The translations under genes and the position numbers were made by a program. A DNA stretch of 64,000 bases, taken from assembly GCA_030141605.1 (NCBI GenBank), contig JAQGDQ010000031.1, forward strand, positions 62,001 through 126,000, in the 5' to 3' direction. Every line of letters begins with the position of its first letter. The first letter of the stretch is position 1. This DNA is from Tubiluchus corallicola (lineage: Eukaryota > Animalia > Priapulida). The notes below the pieces were generated by a model. The model saw only the letters and a program-made list of their open reading frames with translations. It had not been told where the DNA came from and did no database searches. Shown here piece by piece: positions 50,701 to 62,600 of the stretch.

Positions 50701-53700
50701 GGGTAATGATTGCTTTGTGACATGCTGTAGATATGGGAGAAGTTTTGGTGCCGTAAGGTTCATAAGCATATTAAGTTATCAGGCTGAAGTTGATTTTGTT
50801 GATTATGCTTAGCATTGTCATTATTTTGTTTCCTATATTCTCAAGCAGCATTTTGCCAAGCATTAAATTTAAGTTACAATTCTTTTTGCTTTTGGAATGT
50901 ATGTTGTTTTGAAATAACATGTTGCTAAATTCTTCGAGTAAAGTGTTCAATGCAGTGAAACGTTTATTACTCATCTGCATTTTGTTGAACTTCTTCATGG
51001 TATGTTTTGTGATAGCTACTTTTTGAATAATTTGTTTGACTGTGAAAATTAATAATCTTATAAAATAAGTTCTATTATTTATTTCATTACATGTTATTTG
51101 TTTATTAAAAAAAGCTCTGTAATTTGTTTTATTATATGTTTTTTGTCTATTAATTTACAGGCTTATAGTCGACCTAATCAGCCTTGGAATGGGACTTTAG
51201 CCATCGTGCACTCATTTGTGGCTCATAAAGCAGGTAAACTAATAGTTACTCTCAGATATTCATTTATTCTGTAATTGTTTTTCAACTTTTGTATGTTGAG
51301 ATAATAAGTAATATGGCAGTTTAAAATTAGATGATGGCTGCTTGCTTTTTGCGTGTTCAGTAATGTTCAGGATACTTTTCAAAGAGCATGAATCTTAGCA
51401 AAAAGCATTTGACTAACTATTTAATCTAATCTGAGCTTTCAAGTTTGAACTTTTATTTGGGCAAGGGCAACTGAGTAATGAGTGAAATTAAGTTACACAG
51501 TTATGTTGAAGCTGTGATATAAGCTTTAAGTAGTGGAAAAGCAGCTTACTACTAAATTTTACTAAATTCTCTTCCAGTTCAGTGATATGTGTGTGTGTGT
51601 GTGCGCGTGCGTGCGTGTTTGTGTGCTTAGCTATAGTAACACCACTGTCCTGGAGTAATTAGATGGGTGATCCTTAGGAAACTGCTTCTGAGTGGCTTCA
51701 TCTGCCATACTGTCGCTAACTACGTTTTTTGTAGGCACATCCTAAAAAACTTTGTTGATTCGTTCTTTTACCTTAGAGGATTGTCCTTAATACGAAAGAT
51801 AAATATCTAAAGAGTTAGTAAAATGATTTGCTGTGAGAGTGGTTGAGAGTTGGATTCAGGCTTGCAGTGCACTAAACTATAAAAAAAGCTTGCTTATTCT
51901 TTTGAAAATAGCAGTTGTTATTACAGAAAATACCAAATTTAAACCATATGTTTGGTGCCAAAAGGGCTTCCATTGCAGATACAATGTGGCTCACTAGTTC
52001 TGAGTCTGGGGTTCCTCGACTCTTGTAGCTGTCATCGCCAGAACACATGGTCTGCATGTTATTCATTGTTATTGTGCATCATTTCCACCTTTATTATTGT
52101 AACTAACTAGCACCTTGCTAAAGTAACTAATGCCTTCTGTTTATATTAAAATGCAGTTTGCTGCTTTGCACTCTGGTACACAGCAGTTAATACTGATACA
52201 TGTCTCTAGACATCTTTTACTTTTTTATTGACTGTACATATTTTTATTGTAGATATTTTTCGTAGCGTGTTTTTAATTTTTACGTGTGTCATGTAATTCT
52301 TGTATTCGTGTGAGATTAACGATGATATATATATATATATATATATATCTTCAGTACATGTACGTGACCTTGTGTGAACTGTACATGACTTTTTATGACC
52401 TTTTACTAAATTCTCTTTCTGTGATATATATGTGTGTGTGTGTGTGCATGCGTGTGCGTGTGTGTTCATTTTTCTTAGTGGTAGACATAGCAGTGACACT
52501 CTGGCAAAGAATTGCCAAAAACAGTTTTTCTAGTAGGCCACTCAGCTTTTTGCTAGCCAGACTTGTCATTGCTTAGCTTCATAGTCAAACACACACTAAT
52601 TATTCCTGCCATCAGTTACAAAATATCTTAATATATTTCTTGTGAATGAATTACTCTACTTTTAAAAATCATTATTTATAAGTATAAAATTTATATGCAT
52701 TTGCTTATTATGTAATTTTTTTGCTTACTTGTAGCAAGAGAAGACGAGAAAAAGAAATTGTCAAAAAAATCTCAAGATTTGAAATTAGAACAGTCAACAT
52801 TAGAAGCTCGAGCCAAGTATCTTACTAGTCACATATCTGTAAGTAAATTTGCGATCTTCTTAAAGTAAAAGTCAGCAACTTTTTATTGTCATACGATTAG
52901 CTCAGTGATAAGTTGTCTGAATTCCCAAAATCTGACAGAAATTTGTTTCGCATGTTCCTCATCTTCACCAGATATGGATACATGTCGAAATAATGGGCTT
53001 TCTCAATGCTGCTAATTCTGTTGGCTTGTACTCAAATAGTTTTTTGTATTCTGCTGTTATAATAATTAAATCTGGATCATAAATTTGTCATTCTTTAAAT
53101 TCAAAATTTTTGCTTAATGTATTGCAATTGTCAGGACAATTTGTTTTTCTTTTGTATTTTTTTTTGCTATTCATATTCATAGTTTCTTTATAGATATATT
53201 TTGTAACTTCCATAAATCAAACAATTGATAACTGATACTTCTGTTAAGTTATTGATTTAATTTCACTTTGCTTAGTTATGTATATCTGAAAATCTTGATT
53301 CCAGTTAAATTTTATTTTATGAATGCTGTTTTTTCCGAAAATTTAAGTATTCTCATTTTGATCTGATTTTCTGTTTTGAACCATATTTTTTGAACCTTGA
53401 CTTTATTTTTTTAGGAATGGCTGGTTTTTGTAATTTTGTTTTTGTATTTTTACTTTTTGTATTTATGGATGTTTGTGTATTTTTCGTAGCTGTGTTATAT
53501 CTGTCATTAGTGTTGTCTTGTTTACTTGTCTTTCTGAGAAGGGTGGTTGACTCGCTAACCTTTAGTGTTTCGCTACCCTTTCTTCCATGTCCATTTGTAT
53601 TTTTGTATATTTTATTGTTAAATGTAAATTTATGTAGAAAAATAAATATCAGTTCTAAAAAAATCTAATCTAATCTACTCGATACGGATAACTGTAGTGT

Positions 53701-54165
53701 AGGTGCATACTGTGGCCGTACTGACCACCTCTATAGCAAATCATTCTTATTTAGAATGATTCGGTCAGTCATAACCCATAAGGGCTTCTTTAACTGTGTT
53801 AGATAGTGGCCAAGCTGTTAACAAATTGAATTACTATGTACCAGTGCCTTTAGGATTAGTTGCTGTTTCTAGACTTTTTGCAGCTGCTGATCTTTCCAGA
53901 TTTTCCTGACTTCCCAAGAGGCCACAGATTGAAAGACATCCATTTGCTACAAGAGGTCTCATACTTTACTCTAATACTTTATTTTCAGTTTTGTGAATGG
54001 GCAAGTTTCAGTTTTAGTATTAATCTGTTCTAAACGTTTTTGTGGTTGTTTCAGTCAACGCTTGCAAAGAAAACTGAGTTAACAATGCAAAATAAAGCAA
54101 TGGAGGAAACACTGGAGCAGCTAAAAAGTTTTGTAAAAGTTTTCGAGACGAAGCCACCCTCCTGA
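41584..54165 (+). CDS. PHF21A: PHD finger protein 21 (PHF21A/BHC80 orthologue; 13 coding exons)
   Basis: Exons 41584-41637, 41967-41999, 42157-42222, 44974-45033, 45875-46048, 47768-47984, 48111-48184, 48438-48507, 49026-49141, 50156-50353, 51161-51233, 52735-52838, 54055-54165, all in phase. Motifs: [59 protein letters not shown]-hook KRPRGRPPK, C4HC3 [14 protein letters not shown] and a C-terminal coiled coil. Confidence 0.94.
43735..44170 (+). promoter_or_regulatory. CpG-rich candidate internal promoter and alternative first exon (ATG 44003, donor after 44044) in PHF21A intron 3
   Basis: Marked local CpG enrichment and two CCAAT motifs (~43767, ~43782). A 14-codon ORF ends at tgt|gtaaga in phase 0, matching exon 44974. 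Confidence 0.45.
46381..47594. mobile_element. hAT-type MITE (inverted copy of 36074-36606) carrying a nested TTAA element
   Basis: TIRs tagtggcggctcgt/acgagtcaccactg. Collinear with the NUP50-intron copy except for 46748-47403. Confidence 0.88.
46748..47403. mobile_element. TTAA-targeting MITE (AG...CT ends; Kolobok-like)
   Basis: TTAA at 46744-46747 and 47404-47407. TIRs agcacaag/cttgtcct. The empty site of the 36074-36606 copy has a single TTAA. Confidence 0.85.
49565..49815 (+). mobile_element. Truncated older copy of the 23370-23809 MITE
   Basis: Shares acaaagatcatgcat, aaaattgtgcacagaaat, tgctgaattattcgaatctata and terminal atgctcacc. Confidence 0.8.
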
Positions 54166-55708
54166 TTACTCTTTGCTTATTTATTTTTTCTTGTAAAAAA
54201 GGCACATGTTGTATATAACTGTACATGTACATACCTAAGGTTTGTTTTGAAAAGCTGTCATGTGAACATTGTTTTCATAAGTATTTTTGTATTGTTCTAA
54301 TGTTTCAAAGCATCAGTACTTACTATCTTAAGCACTTTCTCAGCTGTTATGAATATTATCTAATAGCTTGTTTACGTATTACGTACTACATAGTCAGACT
54401 TGCAGATAAAATGCAGTTAACTAATATTGTCTGATACAAATTCTGTGCATATGATTATCATGTTTACTCTGAAAAACAGATCTAGGCCTTTCTGGATTTG
54501 TTTCTGGGTATTTAGAGACATTTGTTTTGAAAGAAAGTATTGCTTGTTTAATGCAACAGTCACCAAAATGATGCATATTTTATTATTTTGGCTCTAGCAT
54601 GAATAGTAATGGGTGTAACTCTTATTGTGACAGTAATTTTTGTTTATATAACTTGTATTGTAAATAACTTCAAACTAGTGGAAGCCAAGTGGGCACCTGT
54701 ACCTGTATTGTATTTATTGTTTGTTTAGTTAGGCTGAGTTGTTATTTTTAATAATATGGTAACGATAATTTATATTTATTCGCATAAAAATAGTCTTACC
54801 AAAGTTTTCTGTAGTAAGTGTATACTTTATGTTCTGAAATGGTCTCTTTAGTTGTGTTTTTCTGTAAAGTTGTGTTAACAAGAAATGATATTTTTTGTAA
54901 AAACAAAGCTAAAGTTCAGCCTTCCTGTTTTCACATGGTTTCACTAATGTTGTTACTAGTTTGTTTGTTAGAGTTAGATAATGCTATAGGCACTCGAAAG
55001 CAAAGAGTCTTAGCTAAAGTTGTTAGCACCAACTGTTACCACCATATGAGCAGCTGAGTCATATTACACTAGCCTAAATGATACGTGTAATTCATATTAT
55101 TCCTAGTTTTTCATTATTATCAAACCATAATCAAAGTTTTTAGTTTACTGAAGAAAAAACAGTTGTGTTTAACTAAAAAACAGTTTACTAATGTTACATA
55201 GATTACTACATGGTGAAAATTTATGAAACAAATCTACAAGTGTCACCTGAAGGAATGACCCTACATTCGGTGGGTTTGGATTTAATTACCATTAGCTGTT
55301 ATGGTTAAAATTGGCTAAATTATATGTAATAGGTAAACCTGCAATATTTGAAGTGAGCAAAAAACCTACATTTATACTTAACACATTGTTTGTGAAACTA
55401 AGAGCACGTGTTTGCAACAATGAGGCTCCATTAATTAATACGGTCACAATAAGTTCCATAATTTAACAAAAATATATCATTTAACCACAATTATTTCTCA
55501 GTTTCAATCTAATCATTTTGTTGACAAGAATACTACATTCGCGGTGGTGTAGCTAAAGTTTCGTCAATTTACTGAGCAATACTGACACTGATTTGTGTCT
55601 AGTAAGTAAGTATCTTTATTTTTCAACTTTTTAACAAAAAAAAACACTGAGCATGAAATGATAATATGATTCAAAGTGACAAGATTATTAAATGAGTAAA
55701 TTATCCAA

Positions 55709-55793
55709 GTTAATGATGTTCAAGTGATTGGTGAAAGGGTGGCGAAAAACTGAAAACTGTCTAGTTGTAGTAATGTTTAAAATCCTGATTAAC
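55709..55793 (+). ncRNA. Candidate box C/D snoRNA in probable NAT10 5'-UTR intron
   Basis: gttaa/ttaac terminal stem, C-like ATGATGT (55713-55719), internal CTGA (~55750) and D box CTGA (55785-55788). No target identified. Confidence 0.3.
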
Positions 55794-55826
55794 AAATTTG
55801 CCATTTGACGCTGTGTACTCTGTTGG

Positions 55827-55898
55827 GGGCGTAAAAATGATGAATGAAAGTCAGTGCGTTCATGTCTTGTGATTTCAAGTCAGGACATGACTGCGCCC
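55827..55898 (+). ncRNA. Candidate structured RNA / box C/D-like snoRNA
   Basis: 7-bp closing stem gggcgta/tgcgccc, perfect C box ATGATGA (55837-55843), D-like ATGA (~55887) and internal hairpin tcatgtc/gacatga. Confidence 0.25.
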
Positions 55899-56613
55899 TG
55901 TTGATTGCAAGTGTGGTGTGTGCTGCATGCATATTAGGATAATAATATTTGAAATTGAAATTTTATAGCACTGTCTTGCAGTTACAACGTTTGTATACAT
56001 GACTGTCCACTGATTACTAGCAAGTTTTCCAGTACAAAGTAATTTTATTTTCTTCCAGGTATTATTACGGTGTTATATGTACTGTAAAAACCGCTTAAAT
56101 GTGAACTATAAATAATTGATAAAATAACTTAAAGAGCAACCAAAAACGGCAGAAGACTTAAAGAAGTAAGGACAGGCAAAAGGCTAAAAAGTCGTCAAGT
56201 CTGCTACCCTTTGCTATTTAAAAAGTATGCTAGATAAGAACTATTGATTTATTTATTTTTTGTTAATTTTTGCTTTGCAAATTGCAGCAAAGAAATGTAC
56301 TTCTGTGCGAAAAATGAAGTTAATTACTTGTAGTTGTAAAACAGTTGCAGTCCTGAACAAATTTTAGTTGTTTTAACTGTAATTGAGCTAGAAAAAAGAA
56401 TCAATTCTGTGATTAGCCATTAAGGTTTAATCGTATTCGGCAATAAAATTAAAAATTGGGAAAGCCATCAGCATTTCGTCATTATACCAGAGTTAGTATA
56501 AATACTTATCATTAAATAATTTTTGTTAATTCAAATGACAATTAATAATAATAAAGCTCCAATGTTGCTTTAGGTATTTCTACTTCTTGAGTAACAGCTG
56601 CGTGGCTTAAATT

Positions 56614-59600
56614 ATGCCCAGGAAAAAAATCGACAACCGAATTCGTGTTCTGATTGAAAATGGAGTCGCAAACTGTCATCGCACGTTGTTTGTCATTGTT
56701 GGGGACAAGGGCAGAGACCAGGTAAAGTGCACCTGTGTAACAAAAAAACTAATACTATTATTTATTAAGTCTAAAATGTGTTTGTGAATATTTGATTGGG
56801 TTAATTTGCATGCTGTGTCATTTATGAAGACTACACAATCCTATATACAGACTTGAACCTTCAAATTCTTGTTTTAATGACAACTATTTTATATAGCTGT
56901 ATGTTTTTAGACTGTAGAATTAGTGGGTGACAAAAACATTCAGTTTTTTCTTGTTTGTTTCAAGAACTTACTCAAAGTTTAGAAGAGTCAGCTGACATCT
57001 TCATCATCACTTTTGTTATCGTTTGTTATATAGGTAGTCATATTGCATCATATGCTGTCAAAGTCACAAGTAAAGGCTCGTCCATCTGTCTTGTGGTGTT
57101 ACAAGAAGGAACTGGGCTTCAGCAGGTTGGTGCAATGTTTAGCAACTGTACATAGAATTGTGGAATTGTACACCGTGTTACATTTTGTTGTGCATCTAAG
57201 CCATGTTTGTGATAATGAGATTCACAAATGCATGTAAGATTGTGATGTGAAACTCTGGTAGATTGTGCACATGTACTCTGTACAAATAGAACGCTTACTG
57301 CATATTATTTGTAGATTGTGTTTATGCCACACTTATTGCTAAGAATTGTATCAATAAATTCATTAACAAATAGTAACATTCTGGGAATAAAACTGCGTGA
57401 ACGAGAAATGTTTTACTAACTTTAAATTGTTTAAACTCCATAGTGGATAATGTTAAAATGGTATTTCGCCATTTTTTTAGTAAAACCTGAGCCGGAATCT
57501 GGCTGTGTGTAGGAACTACTGAAAAAAGTCCCCTACACTAACCATCTCTTTTGTAAGTTTAAGTACTCCTGGGTATGCACATATTAGCTGGCTTCAGGCA
57601 GTGGTTTTTTATTATCAGCCTTGGATTGTTTTTTAAACTAGTACTGCAGAAAGGTTAGCTGGTATGGAGGGCCAGATTATGACCTTCTGGGGCACCTAGA
57701 CTAGTGAAATTATGCCCAGCCCCTTCATACGGACCCTCTAACTTGCCAGCACCCGTCTTGTATGTTTTTGACTCGTGATATACTTTAGCTAAATTTACGT
57801 GGCTTGAAGTAAACTTATTGTAAATTCTTTAAGTAAATTGGAACAGACATCTTTTGATAAAATATTTGTTAAGAAAAACCATTATTGCTGATCAAATTAG
57901 CACATTTCAACATAACTGTAGTGTAAAGAGATTTTTTACCAAATGTTCTCACAGCTTGATGGATCCTAGGCTGCAGCCTATACTAGCTTATAGGACAATT
58001 TTCCCATCTGGTATAATCTTCTCAGAGGTAAGCTGCATTTCAGCTCTAATTATAATAACTACCATAAACACATCCATCATCTATACTGTTCACTCATTAA
58101 CGATTCAGTGTGGAATGATTCCGCAAAGTAATCACTTTTCTTTGCAGTCACAGAAAGAAAAGGATGAAGCAACTCCAGAAGAAAATCAAGCAGGGATTGA
58201 TCGATGTGAAAGAGGATGATCCATTCGAGTTGTTTATTGTCGCCACAAACATCCGCTACTGCTATTATGCCGAGACACATAAGATTCTAGGAAATACATA
58301 CGGGATGTGTGTCTTACAGGTTTATAGCATCTATTTTCTAGCAACATTACCTCTTTATTTTCTTGCTTTTTTATTGAATCTGCATGAATTTTTTTTAAAT
58401 GCAGTGAAACAAATATTCGTATACTGCAAGACAGACTCAATGTTGAAAACCTGTTAATTTTTTGTACAATTTTGCACACTACCAACCAAAAATCCAACAA
58501 TCGGCAGCAAAGCCTACTTCAAGGAAAGGTAGTCGCTTAGTATGTTGGTTTATTTTACTTTTATCACTTAAACTTACAAAAATATAACAAAAAAAATTGC
58601 AAAAAAACTGTCTATAAAGTATAAAGTTAATTTGAACTACTGGTGTATAAAAATTTTCAGGTGTGTGGTAACCGCCATTCACTTGAAAATTATGATGTAC
58701 CTGGTGGACTTCAGGACTTTTCATAAGCGCATCGTGGCTTTGTGCATGGCTTAAACTAATTCAAACTTCTGCAGCTTACCTATTGTTGATGCAGAAATAT
58801 CTCAAAATTAGCTATTTAATTTTTTATGAAAATTTGTTATATTTTAGACTAAAATTGACAGGGCGCTGCTTTTCTTCTACTAACAAAGTTGTCATTGGCT
58901 GAAGAAAAGGGGCTTTCAAAACGGAGCACCCGAGTGTGAAAAGAAAGCAACTTTAAAGTGATTTTACTAATTACACAAGTGCTTAAAATCACGATTTTAT
59001 TACTAAATCTTTCTAACATTTATCGCAAACATTGAAATAAGCCCCACTTCCCAGAACGCTTGACTTTTCCTTTAACTGTAAATAGCTGTTAAAATTAATC
59101 CTCTATGGTGAGATGTTGTAGCGACAAAAATGTCCTGATCGTGTTAGGATGTGGATACTTCCTTTCTCGGCAAAGTAAACTGGCAAAATCAGTACAATGA
59201 ATAAAAATTCTTAGAGTGAGTACTGAAGTCAAAGCTCAATCATCTGTTCACTGACTAGACTAGGCATTGCTTAGATTTGGTCGCCAAGCACACACTGTAA
59301 CCACTCAGTCATCTCTTTTCTCCCAAAATGCAAAATTGTCGGAAAATGACCCAAATTTTGCTTTATTTAAATAGGATTTTGAAGCGATGACCCCCAACCT
59401 GCTTGCTCGCACTATTGAAACGGTGGAAGGTGGAGGAATTATCTGTATACTTCTCAGAAGCATGGACTCGCTGAAGCAGTTGTACACTCTAACCATGGTT
59501 AGTATCACTTTTTTTAGGTATATTTGTTTTTGAATTTTACTGTTGAAATGTTTTATTCTTTTAGAATGTTTTAAGTAGAATTTAAGTCATGGACAGTTTG

Positions 59601-62600
59601 TTTACAAACATTACCCACTGTGCCCAAATGCCTGATTAAATGTTTAATAGCAGAATGATGATAGTGTACTGTGTTTTTTGATTTACACTTTTATTTTACA
59701 GAAGTCAGGTTAGGGTTATTCCATTGAACATTTTGTTTCTGAAAATTGTCATTATTTAATTCTAACTCAATTGTTCTCATATATTGTAGCTATATGAACA
59801 GCTTGGAGCTTACTTGCAAAATTATACTTTTGTGGCTGTATTGCTATGCTAATTTGTCATTTTAAAGTAAAAAATTGAAGATCATTTATTTTTACAATAG
59901 AAGATTTTCATTAGTTTGCTTAGCTGGAATGTTGTTATTGTAAAATAAAAATGAATTTTCTACACCTGCCTTACAATACTCTGTTCATGATGAAATAGGC
60001 CTATATTGCACTGAAAGATTCTTAATTGTTTTACCATTTCCCATAGGATGTGCATGCGCGGTATCGAACCGAAGCCCACCAAGACGTAGTTCCCAGATTC
60101 AACGAGCGGTTTATCTTGTCCTTGTCATCATGTAAGAACTGCATGATAGTTGATGACCAACTAAACATTTTACCTATCCTTCCACATGTGCTCAGTATAG
60201 AACCTGTTCCTCCACGATCAAAAGTAAGTGGGCTTTGTCAATTATTTGTTGAGCTTAATTATGCGGAGTTATTTGAGTCAACTGCCTACAGTTTTTATAT
60301 ACCTTTGCATAGGTGCTAGATGTTTTTGAGACAGTTAGGCGATTGATTCTATAGTAGCTGTGAGTCTAACACGCGGCACCTACTATATTAGCTTAGTATC
60401 GGTAAAAGCAGACAAACGGCAAATTCGGACTGACGTTTCTCCGCTTTTGTTGGGCAAACCGAGATATGAGTATATTTACGTTTTCGAATAAGATTGTGTT
60501 TCAGACTTACACTGTCTTGTGTTTAGTCTATTTTCACTTTTTAATTTTTTTACAGGAAGAAAGTTTAAGCCCAAACGAGCTTGAATTAAAAAACTTAAAG
60601 GAATCTTTACAAGACACACAGCCGCTTGGAGTCCTTGTTAACTGTACGGTAACGCTCGATCAGGCCAAAGCTGTTCTGAAATTTATCGATGCCATCTCAG
60701 AGAAGACTTTGCGTAGCACGGTTGCCATGACGGCTGCTAGAGGGAGGGGTAAATCGGCCGCTTTGGGGCTAGCCATTGCTTCTGCTGTCGCATTTGGTTA
60801 TTCGAACATATTTGTAACGTCGCCGAGTCCCGAGAATTTAAGGACTTTGTTTGAGTTTGTGTGCAAAGGTTTTGATGCTTTAGAATACCAGGTAAGGATT
60901 TTGTTTGAGTTTGTGTACAAAGGTTTTCATACATTAGGATATCAGGTAAAGTGCAAAAAGCTCTTGTATTCGGTGCAATGTAATAGTTTGTGGACAGTAA
61001 TAGTCCTCTAATGACGGCGGTTTAGTCACGTGACTACTAATAGCATTGTGAGTCTAGGTGAATAATCAAGTTATCACAATGTGTACTATATCAAGGCTAG
61101 TCAGTAAGTGGATGGGTGACCGTCGGATCCAGCACTCATTAGTTGGTTTCTTTTTCCATACTGATTTTAGCCGTTTATCATAGTGAGGGGAAGATGTATT
61201 CACAACCAGAAATGGCTGGCACTTTTTCTGGGTCAGTGTCTCATTTTAGACAATTACCTTTTCAGTGAGCAAGGTTTCAGTCCTCCCACAACCATCAGCA
61301 TTAAGTAAGCCTGTTTACAGTACGTGAGCCTTGAAACTGAGTGCTGAATTCTGGTTTGTAGGAGTGCACGAATGAATAAATGGTTATATATTTGACTCCA
61401 TCAGATATATTCTATATGCTCTTTTGTTCTGTTCAAACATCAATTAAAATTATACTGAGTTATATTAGAAGTTTTGCAATTATTATGTTAAGTCAGCATT
61501 TGTCAACTTTCTACAATGTCTTGTAAAGCATACTTCCAAAGAGACGATAAGTAAATGAGGTTTTGAATTTGTTAAAAGGTGAAGACAGTATTTATTTACC
61601 TTCACTCACTCAGCAGACATAATTAAGGAAATTGTTAGATGAACAAGAAACCTACAAGCAGTGAATAATGTGTGTCTTAATATTTACAGGATCCAAAACG
61701 CATTTTCACCGTAATAGAGTAATTTAGGACATTGTGCACTGTGAGAATTATAATAACTTTTTTCTGGTTGGTAGGAGCACCTGGATTATGAGCTGATTCA
61801 GTCCACCAATCCAGAGTTCAACAAGGCCATCGTAAGAGTCAACATCTACCGTGAGCATCGGCAGACAGTACAGTACATACATGCTACAGACGGCAATAAA
61901 CTTGGACAGGCTGAGTTGGTCGTGATTGATGAAGCAGCAGCAATTCCATTGCCACTTGTAAAGTCGTTGCTTGGTCCTTACCTGGTCTTCATGTCGTCAA
62001 CAGTTAATGGGTGAACTTGCTTGTTATATAAGATTAATCGTTTCCTAATTTCAATAACAGTTAGTGTAGTGTAAGAATATTCTGGTGCTTGTAATTGCTG
62101 TGCATTGAGCTTCTTGGCCTGAAAGATCTAAGTGTTTTTGTCATGTAATGCATTGCTTGCTAATTACTTCTGTCATCATTTGCTTACTAATGCCAGCAGC
62201 TTAAATTCCTGCTATCATGTTAATGTTATAAGTAAAGGGTGAGATGCTTGATGTCAGTTTAATTCAATTCAGTAATGTACAAGCATGCTGAAGTTCTGGG
62301 TTGGTGTCCTAAAAAAGGGAAAAGAATTTCAGATCTTCCAGTTTACTTTTCTGCTGATTCTTACTTTAAAACTGTTATAATTACATAACTAGCAACTGTA
62401 GTAAGCACTTCTGTTTAAGACATGCTGCATAATTCAATAGATATTTCTATTCGGTAAAGTAGTTTATCAATTGAGATAATCTAACTAGCAACCATGTGAC
62501 TACTAATTGGTGTGGGGTGCAACATACTATATTTATATAACACTAGATATGTAAATGACACTTACATTATTGTAAAAACCTACCTAAATGCTTTGCGTAA

